Below, in pieces: positions 11,501-19,700 of a stretch of 64,000 bases of DNA. The notes beneath the pieces are model-generated. The model had not been told where the DNA came from and did no database searches. It saw only the letters and a program-made list of their open reading frames with translations. Numbering within the stretch: the stretch's first letter is position 1; each line of letters starts with the position of its first letter. The position numbers were made by a program, and so were the translations under genes. Origin of the DNA: a virus. The stretch lies in IMG/VR virus record IMGVR_UViG_3300009009_000003, positions 1-64,000 of that record; one strand, written 5' to 3'.

Positions 11501-12304
11501 AATAGTGTCGGGTATTATGTTTATGATTTTTCAAGTTCGGGACAATCATACATAGATGTTGATTTTGTTTCAATTGTATACCAGTATGTAGTAGAACAGG
11601 TTATTCAGGGGGATGGTTCTAAATATCTTTGGCCAAAAGGAACCGTTTTAGTTAGTTTAGGTGGAGCTGTTAATGATGGTTTTGTATTAATTGATGCTGA
11701 GTCCAGTACTTCCCCATATTTAGATTTATACAGAAGAAGTGGAAGTGTGCATTTTGAAAGCTACCAGCTTAAAGTAAGATTAGGAAATCTTCAAGGGGTG
11801 GCTGATATAACAAACGGTACTTGGCATGATACTTCCCCTGGATATGGGTTGTATTGTGATAATGTTTATTTGAAGGGGAAACTATACCTTGGATCTGGGC
11901 AGGATTTGAAATTAGTTACCACCCAAACTGATTCTTCTAAGCTTATTTGGACAACTCTTTCTGGGGGGGCATTGGTACATTTAACTTCAAGCATCAGTTC
12001 AAACCTTTGTGTTGTTGAACTATACCCTCTTGGTCTTGTTAAATGCCATTTGGATTTAGGAAACTCCGGAAATAAATTTGATCAGATATACCTATATGGG
12101 AAAGAAGTAATAAGTTTATTATCCGATCAACACATAATTATTCGAGCAGGGAATTCTACATCCTACCAATTAGTTCTTGATACAAAAAGATTGGTGACTG
12201 TAGACGATTCGGGAAATTATTGGCATGGATATACAGGAACATTTAAAGATTATTATGGGAACAATGTTTATTTTTGTAGAGGTTTATGTATAGGTGTACT
12301 ATAA
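2516..12304 (+). CDS. Tail tip/central fibre protein, gpI+gpJ-like fusion with FN3-like, beta-helix and LamG-like regions
   Basis: N-terminal ubiquitin-like and hydrophobic gpI-like part; IAIPYGKTKVGGN, ALGEGE, YPNTSLLG, NNPIWCLYDLLTNARYGLG gpJ motifs; LSAISADLGTVTAG; LamG motifs WVHVA..YVDG..GQIDEFRIS and WHNVA..GYMDELRIS. Confidence 0.85.
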   Translation: MSKLILVTNPINNEQIEYSGDHPTLLSLIQGFVISNPDYVNYFFGQDSRVAIHINGEKVTDFNVLESILSDSDEIIIHPSINEPVTIIAMISMAIAKIAAVGSAVWGAGMAVTGAGTFAMSAATVAGAGSTISALGGTVITVGGIVKTALAATALIGVASAFSSHKPSMSGGDDDPGRNSPTYGWHVQSSSDEGIPIAIPYGKTKVGGNIISTVCESRASFIYDWFAPKDSCPLIAIPLIPSPVLPIPFVNVALTGLWPPVRGFYCKLDPNPWFYIFFSIKVLTWGDVGDFKEVLENLGNDGYIRNKEDLDYAFEAIKNGISGFFQRRFNASFSAQVLAKINSWRASGIGANKNDVIDLLGFDKLSLSRSDFGSGSTTAQNTIIEEIYRHITTVISGRNLTIEVVFPALTGTEYGITFDYEANSDRNLGIYIVGCIVGDPYNTVPQWCISDFMGLTVNKDFINFENFTLAGPQIGLSDEQYLNQLIALGEGECTGLEQVFVNDNPISSFPAVKYFFCPGKNEQVLSSFISNDEMDSFTNTATSYSVNAELNEPFDYALHTCNVPVNNVYVRCSFIANRMSVKGKLGDLEDKPIHFAILVGFDDTSDFSNFIPGSGGVVGDLIANLANLGIEGRYIPFIYKEYGGSRETIHKMYRAFPLVDYINGKMEDFVRDFPGTIQVMCAFFGITQVDGEDIDWMKFNRVGAGFPGVPYSWDDCTDYREQVYDELKEKVQELYINVSRRLVVKVIRLSPHVDNNRYSDKMNVLGFDQITYAGFNYPNTSLLGIRVRATEQFSGSAPKITTILKGKKIRVPKLVLLNNSAERVYHEFAWFDEDVGRYRSMNHNGQLCMYSKDSEGNYVWIDEYSNNPIWCLYDLLTNARYGLGSYIEHSDHDINRYIAMAQHCDEMVPDGTQRFAAEFTPNSLTDTDIDYFTKGQLYFDEETGNWLRDVASSSVDQTNYGYRKRINGQAVFSKNSSGGWTKSIITELQRFTDSATGVFSYVRFLFLRAYTNGTSYWTNNPPLNTGNREYQLGEKRYQLNLYIDDQSSAIDTVKLICDTFRCSPVWVGGMVRPVIDRLEDPKSVLGMGNIIQGSMGISYTPISDIPNIITAQFQNEENYYEKDTRQIIDPDIDESFSLDITRTPRRKDIKLIGISNPSQIQRELHYRMMTGKHRTSLISFKTGIENLNMVAGDVFEFTHDLLINSGMSGRILDRDSDALILDQDVSSLTGSLVIQIKNISSDGTESVEDYSITSIGSDGRTIQVSGLPEVDSDFPFKFRPYIISNVTNTSEKYRALTVIPDTNGEVDVTAIVYKEEVFGDKRLLNNGSGYTAYSDGTIAFQENRLSLVPVLFSTYPVTDLKAYAQLSSFAGKADVVLSFRPPVALKYVGALIQWKDQSIGYYPSENVKRVGRQAVNQVIIENLSIGNTYTFSVTAEYKDSPAAGSHYSYPVEVILKIDTSAIINDDDDPENPENEILTPSPPKNLRLSPLSVSPSFTNWIHPELANNYCYHSFFTVEWDRGGFDGSNNFWEQKGNWIDHYVLSIKTSYDNRQPENTKEIVLPFWSSSYTVTLLDMGIQRWADRENVKNVNISIVAFSNHGRFSSPNGCVRIFAPIDETVPGLSPPDKVFTYPIYFGVIVEWMSMYDWVDVDHFEVELRGWKAGNAPKSTTDESSSDYYWHSPLNKNNHVKKCSLPFTYFHIPYSEKLERLGKWPFGVMIGVTWKAKVTVVNKQGAVATSFSLPGDSSDSAYINDSSGGGNDDVSTGAIPDWALSSTTTNTAIFDNVGVFGVPPTVDWMRTNALNYTTDYDERQELVDSIVTNKNGITYNCTALTTGVARLAYHSPGEERYKGLYVYTDVPARVWVEYLCPVAGDYTLAEWRYLGGTSSHTVSGGYLVDLGGLTPFYTVDRYVNIPAGGTQLDFPFTVVTRFIRLVIRPSSGSNVTVRELRFNRTGEFDSLTVGELSAISADLGTVTAGSIWINLVPEQATIIDTGKGGLYVGDWGIVGYNGRSQVVFSFWTYNGAVMFKGWNGEAAVIVDTGENSSSTADGVIRISGSGKGIVIGDQEDSITIGREIGEGGTTNYIRLDAGTSVIELSNGGNINVLTEGQIKIESDKGIKVGSAGNIEVASGGYINIAAQSRISISSNGYIELDSDGEMRLSSSSHIKVASGGDIELQAGSDLNLIGATMTLSSDSFMELNGTNVRIHTSGTFGIGVDFDNPAFLFNIYNEDLKIGKFGSKSMIISGKDGVFYSYNFESGLLGKGFQISSDGSIEANDISLRGTLSASTFVYDEISSVGGKFIFTKTASLSRGLDSVDDDVIFLDNDPGFDVGEFIWIKQGIYQERMKIIRSYPWYSDMSYYQKEVTQVGTPFKWSTTKYAGDSCVFFNNSFITVDANDDFKYDGDFCWEAAVYLLSEEDNGTIISAKGISSGNNFYRDYSSGEHICTSRPGYPPSIDESDKKFGLSSCKLKTDSGSYTYFSFTQQNENDISNLFSSSGEEYTIEFFTKPSGNTSGTICASYADSEELIITDPRFGFSINYNTNKVYHTVTSGYELDTVSGELTLGSDWVHVAAQRRGTSIEIYVDGSLTSSCDSRYYPSFSGENIWVGKWPLSSYYGGQIDEFRISNTARYSGESLTVPTEQFVNDDNTVVLFHFNDDNEEILRLGYSGERGFYFQAKSAENDVNIYLEHGQMESGETWHNVAISRNSGSFKLFVNGSVVDSANTESPLPEINYPTMIAAYNYIPHFVGYMDELRISNGQARYTSDYTPSTEIQEIDSDHVLYLPFDTPGGVYEVERGFTSTVSEGYVEETFNYIDDCSDFLAWTYYNLFSGGYGIIRNDTIIRTSGGYSKLDLPSDFTTVVGSRWNTKFKVSTSPNSISSTYKFDDSETNCYQALCLVGEMEGTSGRGLCFTIGRTSGGVLSMFRQYHGGSGTFAYETLFPLTEEAIYEMEVYVKSEYSPYSGLYGYYVDIYLYDSNGTRIYTITNVPVSCHLNSVGYYVYDFSSSGQSYIDVDFVSIVYQYVVEQVIQGDGSKYLWPKGTVLVSLGGAVNDGFVLIDAESSTSPYLDLYRRSGSVHFESYQLKVRLGNLQGVADITNGTWHDTSPGYGLYCDNVYLKGKLYLGSGQDLKLVTTQTDSSKLIWTTLSGGALVHLTSSISSNLCVVELYPLGLVKCHLDLGNSGNKFDQIYLYGKEVISLLSDQHIIIRAGNSTSYQLVLDTKRLVTVDDSGNYWHGYTGTFKDYYGNNVYFCRGLCIGVL

Positions 12305-12334
12305 TATAATTAACCCTAATAAGGAGGATGTTTT

Positions 12335-12661
12335 ATGAAGTTTACAATCGGTGAAAGAATTCTGTTGACAACTAACCTTATTCCTAGTCAGGGGTCTATG
12401 ACCGAAATGATTATAGTAAGAGATTTACAAAATAAGGTTGGAATAAACCAATCTGATATTGTAAAGCATAAAATTCATGAAAAGCCTGGTCCTGATAATA
12501 GAAAAATATTAAATTGGGAAGAAACGGGTGATTTTTATGATATTGAATTTACTAGCTTGGAACTGGATTTGTTAAAGAAAACTGTAAAACTATTGGATGA
12601 AAAGAAAATGATTACATTACAGCTTCTTCCGTTGTTAGAGAAATTAGACATAATGATGTGA
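12335..12661 (+). CDS. Small tail-associated protein (possible fibre chaperone)
   Basis: AAGGAGG RBS; helical protein following the tip gene. Confidence 0.5.
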   Translation: MKFTIGERILLTTNLIPSQGSMTEMIIVRDLQNKVGINQSDIVKHKIHEKPGPDNRKILNWEETGDFYDIEFTSLELDLLKKTVKLLDEKKMITLQLLPLLEKLDIMM

Positions 12662-12669
12662 GGTGAACC

Positions 12670-14892
12670 ATGATTTACCAGACAGGAACAGTTACAGTTA
12701 CCCACGGATCTAATACCGTAACAGGGTTAGGAACTAAGTTTCTGACTTATGTTAGTAAAGGAAATCTGTTCAAGATACAGGATGAAAGAGGTGTTTATTT
12801 TGTAGCTTCGGTTGATTCCGATACCCAAGTAACTTTAGTTTTCCCTTATAAAGGGTCAACAGGAAGCCTTCTTGATTACTCAATAATCGCAGATAAAACA
12901 CCTAATTTAGGTCTTCCTTTTATAGATCGAAGAGATCCGGATGCTGCTCAGGTTGTAAATGCTGCCTTGACTATGATTGATTATCAAGCAGGAGATTTTC
13001 TTGATTTTCAGTCTCTTACAACTGTTACCTATTCCGGTGAATCGAACTTTTTTATTCGAGGTGATTACCATACTGATGAATTATGTGATGGAAGAGTAAT
13101 AAGATTTGATGATGTTAGTGGAGATATGGTTCGTTATAATCTTGTTGACCACAGCTATATGTTTGAGGCATCTGTAAATGGAACGCCATCTTCTCTTTCA
13201 ATATCCTATGATAGTGTTGTCGGAGATGTTGATCCTGTAGGTTCTTATGATGTACTTCACAATATTACAAAGGGAAATTACGTATTTATAGGATCATTGG
13301 TTTCAGGTGAAGGTACAATTTCTATTGATCCTGATGAGCTTGGATACATGGGGGGAACAGAAGATTGGGGGGATAATGACATAATAAGAGTTTATGGCAT
13401 TACTCAATCAGTGGGTATAATTTCCTCAGTAACTACTTCTCAGGTAGTAGTAACATCCTCAGATTTGACTGGTTTTCTGTCAGGTGATTTGCTTTATAAT
13501 TATAATAAAGCAAACACCAGAACAATTCTTTCAGTTTCTTCAAATACGATTATGACAAATACTACTAATGATGATTGGGAAGCGGATGATTATGTGTATA
13601 CTGTACAAACAAAAGTAACTACATCCATGAATAATTTAATAGAAACAATATATTCAATAAGTTACGGAGCAAGAAGTCAGATAGGAGAGGACTCTGTAAA
13701 GGCAGAGCATATTGACTTCGGTTATGGTAGTAACCAAGTAGATGCTGAAAGTATTCCTTTTTCCTCAACCTATTTAGATTCTCTTGATGTTGAATCAGCC
13801 ATTGATGAAGTAAAAATTGATCTTACTGCACATATACTAAGCGGAGAAGGAGCACATGCAGGAACTTCCATATCTTTTGTGGATGATGGATCTGCTGTAG
13901 GACGACCACTAACTTCTACCAATGTAATGGATGCTATAAATGAGCTTAAAAGTCAAGTTGCCTATAGTCCCCATATTCAAAGCACAGTTACAGAAGATAG
14001 TGATAATGATTGGTATTTTACCAGTGATTCTTTTCTTTTGTATCCTTCTTCATTTTTTAATAGTGGTGAATGGTGGATAAGATTTGAAACTGGTGTAAAC
14101 ATAGGTGATTTGAAACCTTTGGACGTATTTGATTATGAAACAGGAACGTTTTATACAATAAGTGGAGAAGGATTTACTTATGATCCTAATGAAGGAGATC
14201 AATTTAGTTTAATATTGAAGAGTGTTGAAGCGGAAATAATAGGAGATTTTTCTTCCTATTATACCAAAACACAACTCCAAACATCAGGGGAATCAAATGT
14301 ACATTGGGGCAATATTAAAAGTGTTCCTTCTTCAATTACTAATCCAACATTAATAAGTAATCATAACAGTCTTAATAATTTAAGTTATGCCGCATCAGGG
14401 CATACAGGATTTGCTGCATCCTCACATACTCATACAGAATCACAGATAACTGATTTAGATCATTATAATTCAACGGATTTTGCTTCAGATTTTGCCTCTT
14501 CTGATTTAAATGATCTGGATACTAAAAACCATAGTGATCTTGGGGAGTTGGATTATGATTCATCAGGTCATACAGGATTTAAACCGTCAACTAAAAGTAA
14601 ATATACTGTTCAAATAAATTCTGGGGAAGATGTTCCTTCAGATTATGATTTAGTTATTGTTTATGGTCCTTCTGCGATTTCTGCAAGAAAAGTTACTTTA
14701 GGAACTTCTGATGGGCAGGAATTGGAAATAAGGGGAAAATGGGACATAACTTCTAATACTGTAAGATTGTATAGCGGAGAAAATTTAAGAATGTCAGGAG
14801 ATTTTATAATAGGTTCTTCTGATGTTATATACTTAGAATGGTTCTCAGGAGAGAATTACTGGTTAGAAAAATCAAGGATTACAAAAGCATAG
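12670..14892 (+). CDS. Tail fibre/virion adhesin
   Basis: YQTGTVTVTHGSNTVTGLGTKF N-terminus typical of phage fibres; DVESAIDEV, NVMDAINEL and HTHTESQITDL fibre motifs. Confidence 0.75.
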   Translation: MIYQTGTVTVTHGSNTVTGLGTKFLTYVSKGNLFKIQDERGVYFVASVDSDTQVTLVFPYKGSTGSLLDYSIIADKTPNLGLPFIDRRDPDAAQVVNAALTMIDYQAGDFLDFQSLTTVTYSGESNFFIRGDYHTDELCDGRVIRFDDVSGDMVRYNLVDHSYMFEASVNGTPSSLSISYDSVVGDVDPVGSYDVLHNITKGNYVFIGSLVSGEGTISIDPDELGYMGGTEDWGDNDIIRVYGITQSVGIISSVTTSQVVVTSSDLTGFLSGDLLYNYNKANTRTILSVSSNTIMTNTTNDDWEADDYVYTVQTKVTTSMNNLIETIYSISYGARSQIGEDSVKAEHIDFGYGSNQVDAESIPFSSTYLDSLDVESAIDEVKIDLTAHILSGEGAHAGTSISFVDDGSAVGRPLTSTNVMDAINELKSQVAYSPHIQSTVTEDSDNDWYFTSDSFLLYPSSFFNSGEWWIRFETGVNIGDLKPLDVFDYETGTFYTISGEGFTYDPNEGDQFSLILKSVEAEIIGDFSSYYTKTQLQTSGESNVHWGNIKSVPSSITNPTLISNHNSLNNLSYAASGHTGFAASSHTHTESQITDLDHYNSTDFASDFASSDLNDLDTKNHSDLGELDYDSSGHTGFKPSTKSKYTVQINSGEDVPSDYDLVIVYGPSAISARKVTLGTSDGQELEIRGKWDITSNTVRLYSGENLRMSGDFIIGSSDVIYLEWFSGENYWLEKSRITKA

Positions 14893-14900
14893 GAGGATTT

Positions 14901-16742
14901 ATGAAAGTCGAACAAGTAGCACATATTTTAATGGGTGTATTTTGTACATTTTTAGTTATTCTTCTTTTCTCCGGATTACTGTATGCACAAGATACTCCCT
15001 GGATGTATGATTTATTTACACCAGATGGAAAGTTTAAAAAGTCCCTTGAAGTTACAGGAAGTGTAAATGCTACTACAGGAGTAACTGGAGGAAAAACTAC
15101 AGATGAATCCGGTTACTTTTTGCTATATGAAGAATCAGGAAGCAGCACACAAGGAATGGGATTTATGGGTCCGGCTGGTCCTGTTACTGAAGATAGGTAT
15201 TTTAGGCTTGTTTGGTTTGATTCCAGTACAATAGAAAACAGTATTTTTATTATTGGACCGGAATCCTCTGTTGCCGGAAAGAAAACCTATGCTTTAACTC
15301 CTGTAAATCTTACTTCATTAACTCAAAATGTGTATACTACAGGAACAGTGAGAGGGGGTAAATATACAAAAACAATTTCGGTAAATACTACCCTTACTGC
15401 TTCCGAATGTTATGATTCCATTATTTATGTTGACGAGAGTTGTACAGTAACTCTTCCGCCTGTTGCTACAGGTATGTTTATTCAATTTGCAATTAGAGGG
15501 GAATATACACTTACTGTAAATCCTGATGATTCAGATAGGTTGAAATTGGCTACAGGTACGGCTATGACTGATGGTGAATCATTGGAAATAATTAGTGGAA
15601 GTGCAGGGGCAAAAATACCCATTGCTTATGAAAGTAGTGATGGATTTCAGGTATTTAATGAGACAGGTGGTGGAACTGCTACAACTACATCATCTACCAC
15701 TGTAGCTTCAACTTCGTCCACTACTACCACTATTATAAATACTCCTACAGTTGTTACTGCTTCCATTACTGATATTGAGGATACTACCGCCACAGGAGGT
15801 GGTAATGTAACTTCTGATGGAGGATCTTCTGTTACTGCTAAGGGTGTTTGTTGGGCGGAAAGTACCGGTCCAGATTTAGATGATGATTGCACAAGTGATG
15901 GAACAGGAACAGGAACATATGTATCTTCTCTTACAGGCTTAACAGCAGAAACACATTATTATGTAAGAGCTTTTGCCACAAACTCATCCGGTACAGGGTG
16001 GGGTAGTGAAGAAGAATTTGATACAGAAGCAACACCAGGAGCTTATGATTTCCGTGAAGATTGGGATTCATATAGAGAAACATGGTATGCTTCTACTTGT
16101 GCTACACCTTATACCTGTACGGATGATCCCACAAGTTGGGATAGCACCTATACAGCTTCCCCCATTGTAGGAACAAATTCTTTGTTTGTGTCCGGTGATG
16201 TGGATACAGATTTTCGTTATATTAAATCTGCAATCGGAACAACATTCACTGGTGGGGATGAATTTTACATAACTTGGGCAGTTAAATGGTTAGATGCTAC
16301 GGCAGATTTTGATGATAGTGACCAACCAAATAGTCTTAGATTATACAGTGGAACACCAACTTCCACCTCTCTTCAAGGTTTCTTCTACTTGAGATGGGAT
16401 GAAGATTATACTCGTTTTGACAGAACAGGGTTTCAAAATGAATCTGCTTCATTAGGATTTTGGAGTACCGGATGGACTTCTTGGACTACTCCTCGTTACT
16501 TTAAAGTCAGATGGAAAATTTCTACAGCATCTTCCACTCCTTATAATGGAGAATGTCAAATGTGGTATAGTTCATCAGGTTCAGAAGGTACTTGGACAGA
16601 AGGATTCAATAGTACTGCTGTAAATACATATGGTGATGTTTCTGTGATAGGTATTAAAGGTGGTGATACGGGAAATGTATATTTAACAGGAGACATGATC
16701 ATTGATGATATTAGAGTATCCACTAGTGATATTAATTATTAA
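14901..16742 (+). CDS. Signal-peptide protein with Ser/Thr linker, FN3-like and C-terminal beta-sandwich/lectin-like domains
   Basis: AGGAGG RBS before ATG 14901; hydrophobic N-terminus ending LYA-QD; PTVVT..ATGGGNVTSDGGSSVTAKGVCW..LTGLT..YYVRAFATN FN3-type module; ends IIDDIRVS. Confidence 0.7.
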   Translation: MKVEQVAHILMGVFCTFLVILLFSGLLYAQDTPWMYDLFTPDGKFKKSLEVTGSVNATTGVTGGKTTDESGYFLLYEESGSSTQGMGFMGPAGPVTEDRYFRLVWFDSSTIENSIFIIGPESSVAGKKTYALTPVNLTSLTQNVYTTGTVRGGKYTKTISVNTTLTASECYDSIIYVDESCTVTLPPVATGMFIQFAIRGEYTLTVNPDDSDRLKLATGTAMTDGESLEIISGSAGAKIPIAYESSDGFQVFNETGGGTATTTSSTTVASTSSTTTTIINTPTVVTASITDIEDTTATGGGNVTSDGGSSVTAKGVCWAESTGPDLDDDCTSDGTGTGTYVSSLTGLTAETHYYVRAFATNSSGTGWGSEEEFDTEATPGAYDFREDWDSYRETWYASTCATPYTCTDDPTSWDSTYTASPIVGTNSLFVSGDVDTDFRYIKSAIGTTFTGGDEFYITWAVKWLDATADFDDSDQPNSLRLYSGTPTSTSLQGFFYLRWDEDYTRFDRTGFQNESASLGFWSTGWTSWTTPRYFKVRWKISTASSTPYNGECQMWYSSSGSEGTWTEGFNSTAVNTYGDVSVIGIKGGDTGNVYLTGDMIIDDIRVSTSDINY

Positions 16743-16751
16743 GGAGTAACA

Positions 16752-19700
16752 ATGAAGAAACTATTATTCCTATTATTATTTATTCCAAGCCTGTGTTTAG
16801 GTGCAAATAGATATGTGGGACCTACAGGCAGTTCTGGAACAGGAACGTCATGGTCATCCCCCATGGCACTTCCAAACGGATCTTCAGCATGGACAGCAGG
16901 TGATGTTTATTACCTTGCTGATGGTAATTATAATTTAACAAGTATGGTCACTATAGGATGCACAGGAACGGCAACTTCATCTAGCTACATAACTATAAAA
17001 AAAGCAACTGCTTCAGATCATGGAACAGATACAGGGTGGAGTACATCAATGGGTGATGGGCAAGCCATATTTAATGGATGGGCAAATATGGAGAATCAAT
17101 ATGCATTGTTTCTTATAGTAGATCCTTATACTGTAATTGATGGGCAGGTAGGGGAAAATGATGGAAGTGTGACACCACATGGAATAAAGCTTGTTATGTC
17201 CCCATCTTATGTAGCTGATAGGGCTAATAGAGGAATACGAATAGAAGGTGGTTTGGATTACATAACTTTAAAACACATAGAATTACAGGGGGCTGGTTGT
17301 AATCTTCCAGGTACAGATGTTCGACATGATGCCATTTATCATTCTACAACCACAGCCAGCAATCCTGGTGTTGGGCATTATTATGGATATTTGTATAGCC
17401 ATGATTGGAACAGGTGTTGTGGGTTACTAAATGGTGTTACAAATATGATGTTTGAACATAATTTTGTTGCCAGAGTAGGGTCAGGGGATGCAGGTGTTCA
17501 TTCAAATGGAATTGCTTCTTCTTACTGTTATGGTAATCTTCAAAATACTTATAGATATAACACCTTTAAAGATATTGCAGGGACAAATGCTGTTGCTTGT
17601 AAGGATAATTATCTTACAGGAGATCCAACATGGATTTGTAGTGGTGAAACAAGAACCGTTCCTAGACCAAATTATAATATATATTTCTATGGAAATTTAT
17701 TCTATACTACATCTTCCACTGTAACTTCCCCAATAGGAAGTTCACAATCATACCGTCCACACTACTCTGATGGAACTTTAACAAATACAGGTTGTGATGA
17801 TAGTTATGATTGGTTTTACTACAATAATACTCATGTTGATTTGAATTATGGAGAAGAAACAAGTGTTCATAATATGACGGTAGGAAACTATCAAACAGGT
17901 AAAACAAGCTATGCCTATAATAATTTATTTGTGAATAGTAGTAATATAAGTTGGTCTGTCCAAGATGCCCCTGATGCCTACATTATACATAATTATAATT
18001 CATATGGTAATTCTAGAGATAGTTCCACTCAAAACACAGGTACAGGAAACAATGAGTCAGGTGGGCAGTATAATGTTGCGACTTCTATATTTTCTAATTA
18101 TTCTGGAAGAGATTACCGATTGTACTATGCTACTGACCCAGGTGCTCAATTGGCAGATCCGTATAATTACGATCCTTTGGGGAACATTAGAGGGGGGGAC
18201 GGTGCTTGGGATAGAGGAATGTATGAATATACAGGAACACAAACAATTCACTATATCCGATCAGGAGCATCTGGAGATGGATCAAATTGGACAAATGCTT
18301 TAAATGCTCTTCCTGCTGATTTGGAAAGAGGGCATACATATTATATAGCCGATGGAACATACAGTGGATATACTTTTAATGATGGTTTAGATGGCACAAA
18401 ATACATCACCATTAAGAAGGCAACTGCTTCAGATCATGGGAATAATACAGGATGGCCTATTGATAATAGCTATGGTGATGGTTCTGCCACATTTACAGGG
18501 GCAATAAATTTTAATACAGGATATTATATATTTGATGGGGCAACTAGAGGAACAGATTGGCAGTCTGGTTACGGATTTGTAATAGATAGATCGGCAGGAA
18601 CAAGTGGTCCTTGTATAGGAATTCCTGCATATGGAACAAGCACAAATGTTCAAAATGTATCTGTAAAGTATTGTGAGTTGATAGGATTTGTTACAGGTGA
18701 TACAAATGCTCCTGACGGATTTTTTATGAACCCAACAGGGGCAGGTAATTCAAACATATCTATGGGGTACTGCTATATTCATGACGTAGCCAGATGCCCA
18801 TTTTTGGGTAGAAATGCTTCTGATGTTACTATTGAATATTGTTATATAGCAAGAAATGAATCTACTTCTCCACAACACGCAGAAGGAATTTCCGCATATA
18901 ACGCTGGTAGTGGTCCAACAAATAGATGGACAGTTAGATGGAACATATGGAAGGATGTAGAAGGAACTGGAATTATAGTTTTTTCTGGAGACTCGTGGAA
19001 GGTGTATGGAAATTTATTCTTCCATACGACACTTTCATCTAATCAAGGGATAGGTCAAGGATGTGTAGCAACATGGACTGGTTATTCAGTTACTAATGCT
19101 CAGGTGTATAACAATACTGCCGTTGATCTTAGATTGGCTCCTGATACTAATACTACCGGTATTTATTTTAGTAATTCGTCCTCTAATACTGGAAATGTGG
19201 CCTATAATAATATTTTTTATAACTGTGAGGATGTATCTTTAGATACTTATTTAACTCATAGTTATAATGCCTTTAGTAACGCAAGCAGTGGTTCTTTGGC
19301 AGAAACTGGAACAGGGCAATATAATCTTTCCTCTTCTATTTTCACAAATTACGCAAATGATATTTTTACACTTGCTTCGTCCACCGATCCTGGCATGACA
19401 TTATCCGCTCCTTATAATACGGATATGTTGGGAATTTATAGAGGGGCAGGGGGTGTTTGGGATAGAGGAGCATATGAGTATGAGGGTTCAGCACAAACAA
19501 ATAGTAGATATGTAAGACAAGGGGCATCAGGTTCAAATAATGGATTGGATTGGACTAATGCATGGACACAACTACCCACCTCCTTAGTTAGAGGATATAC
19601 TTATTATATAGCTGATGGAACATATCCAGGATATACTTTTGATGATGCTGTAGATGGAACTAAATATATAATAATAAAAAAGGCGACTACTTCAGATCAC

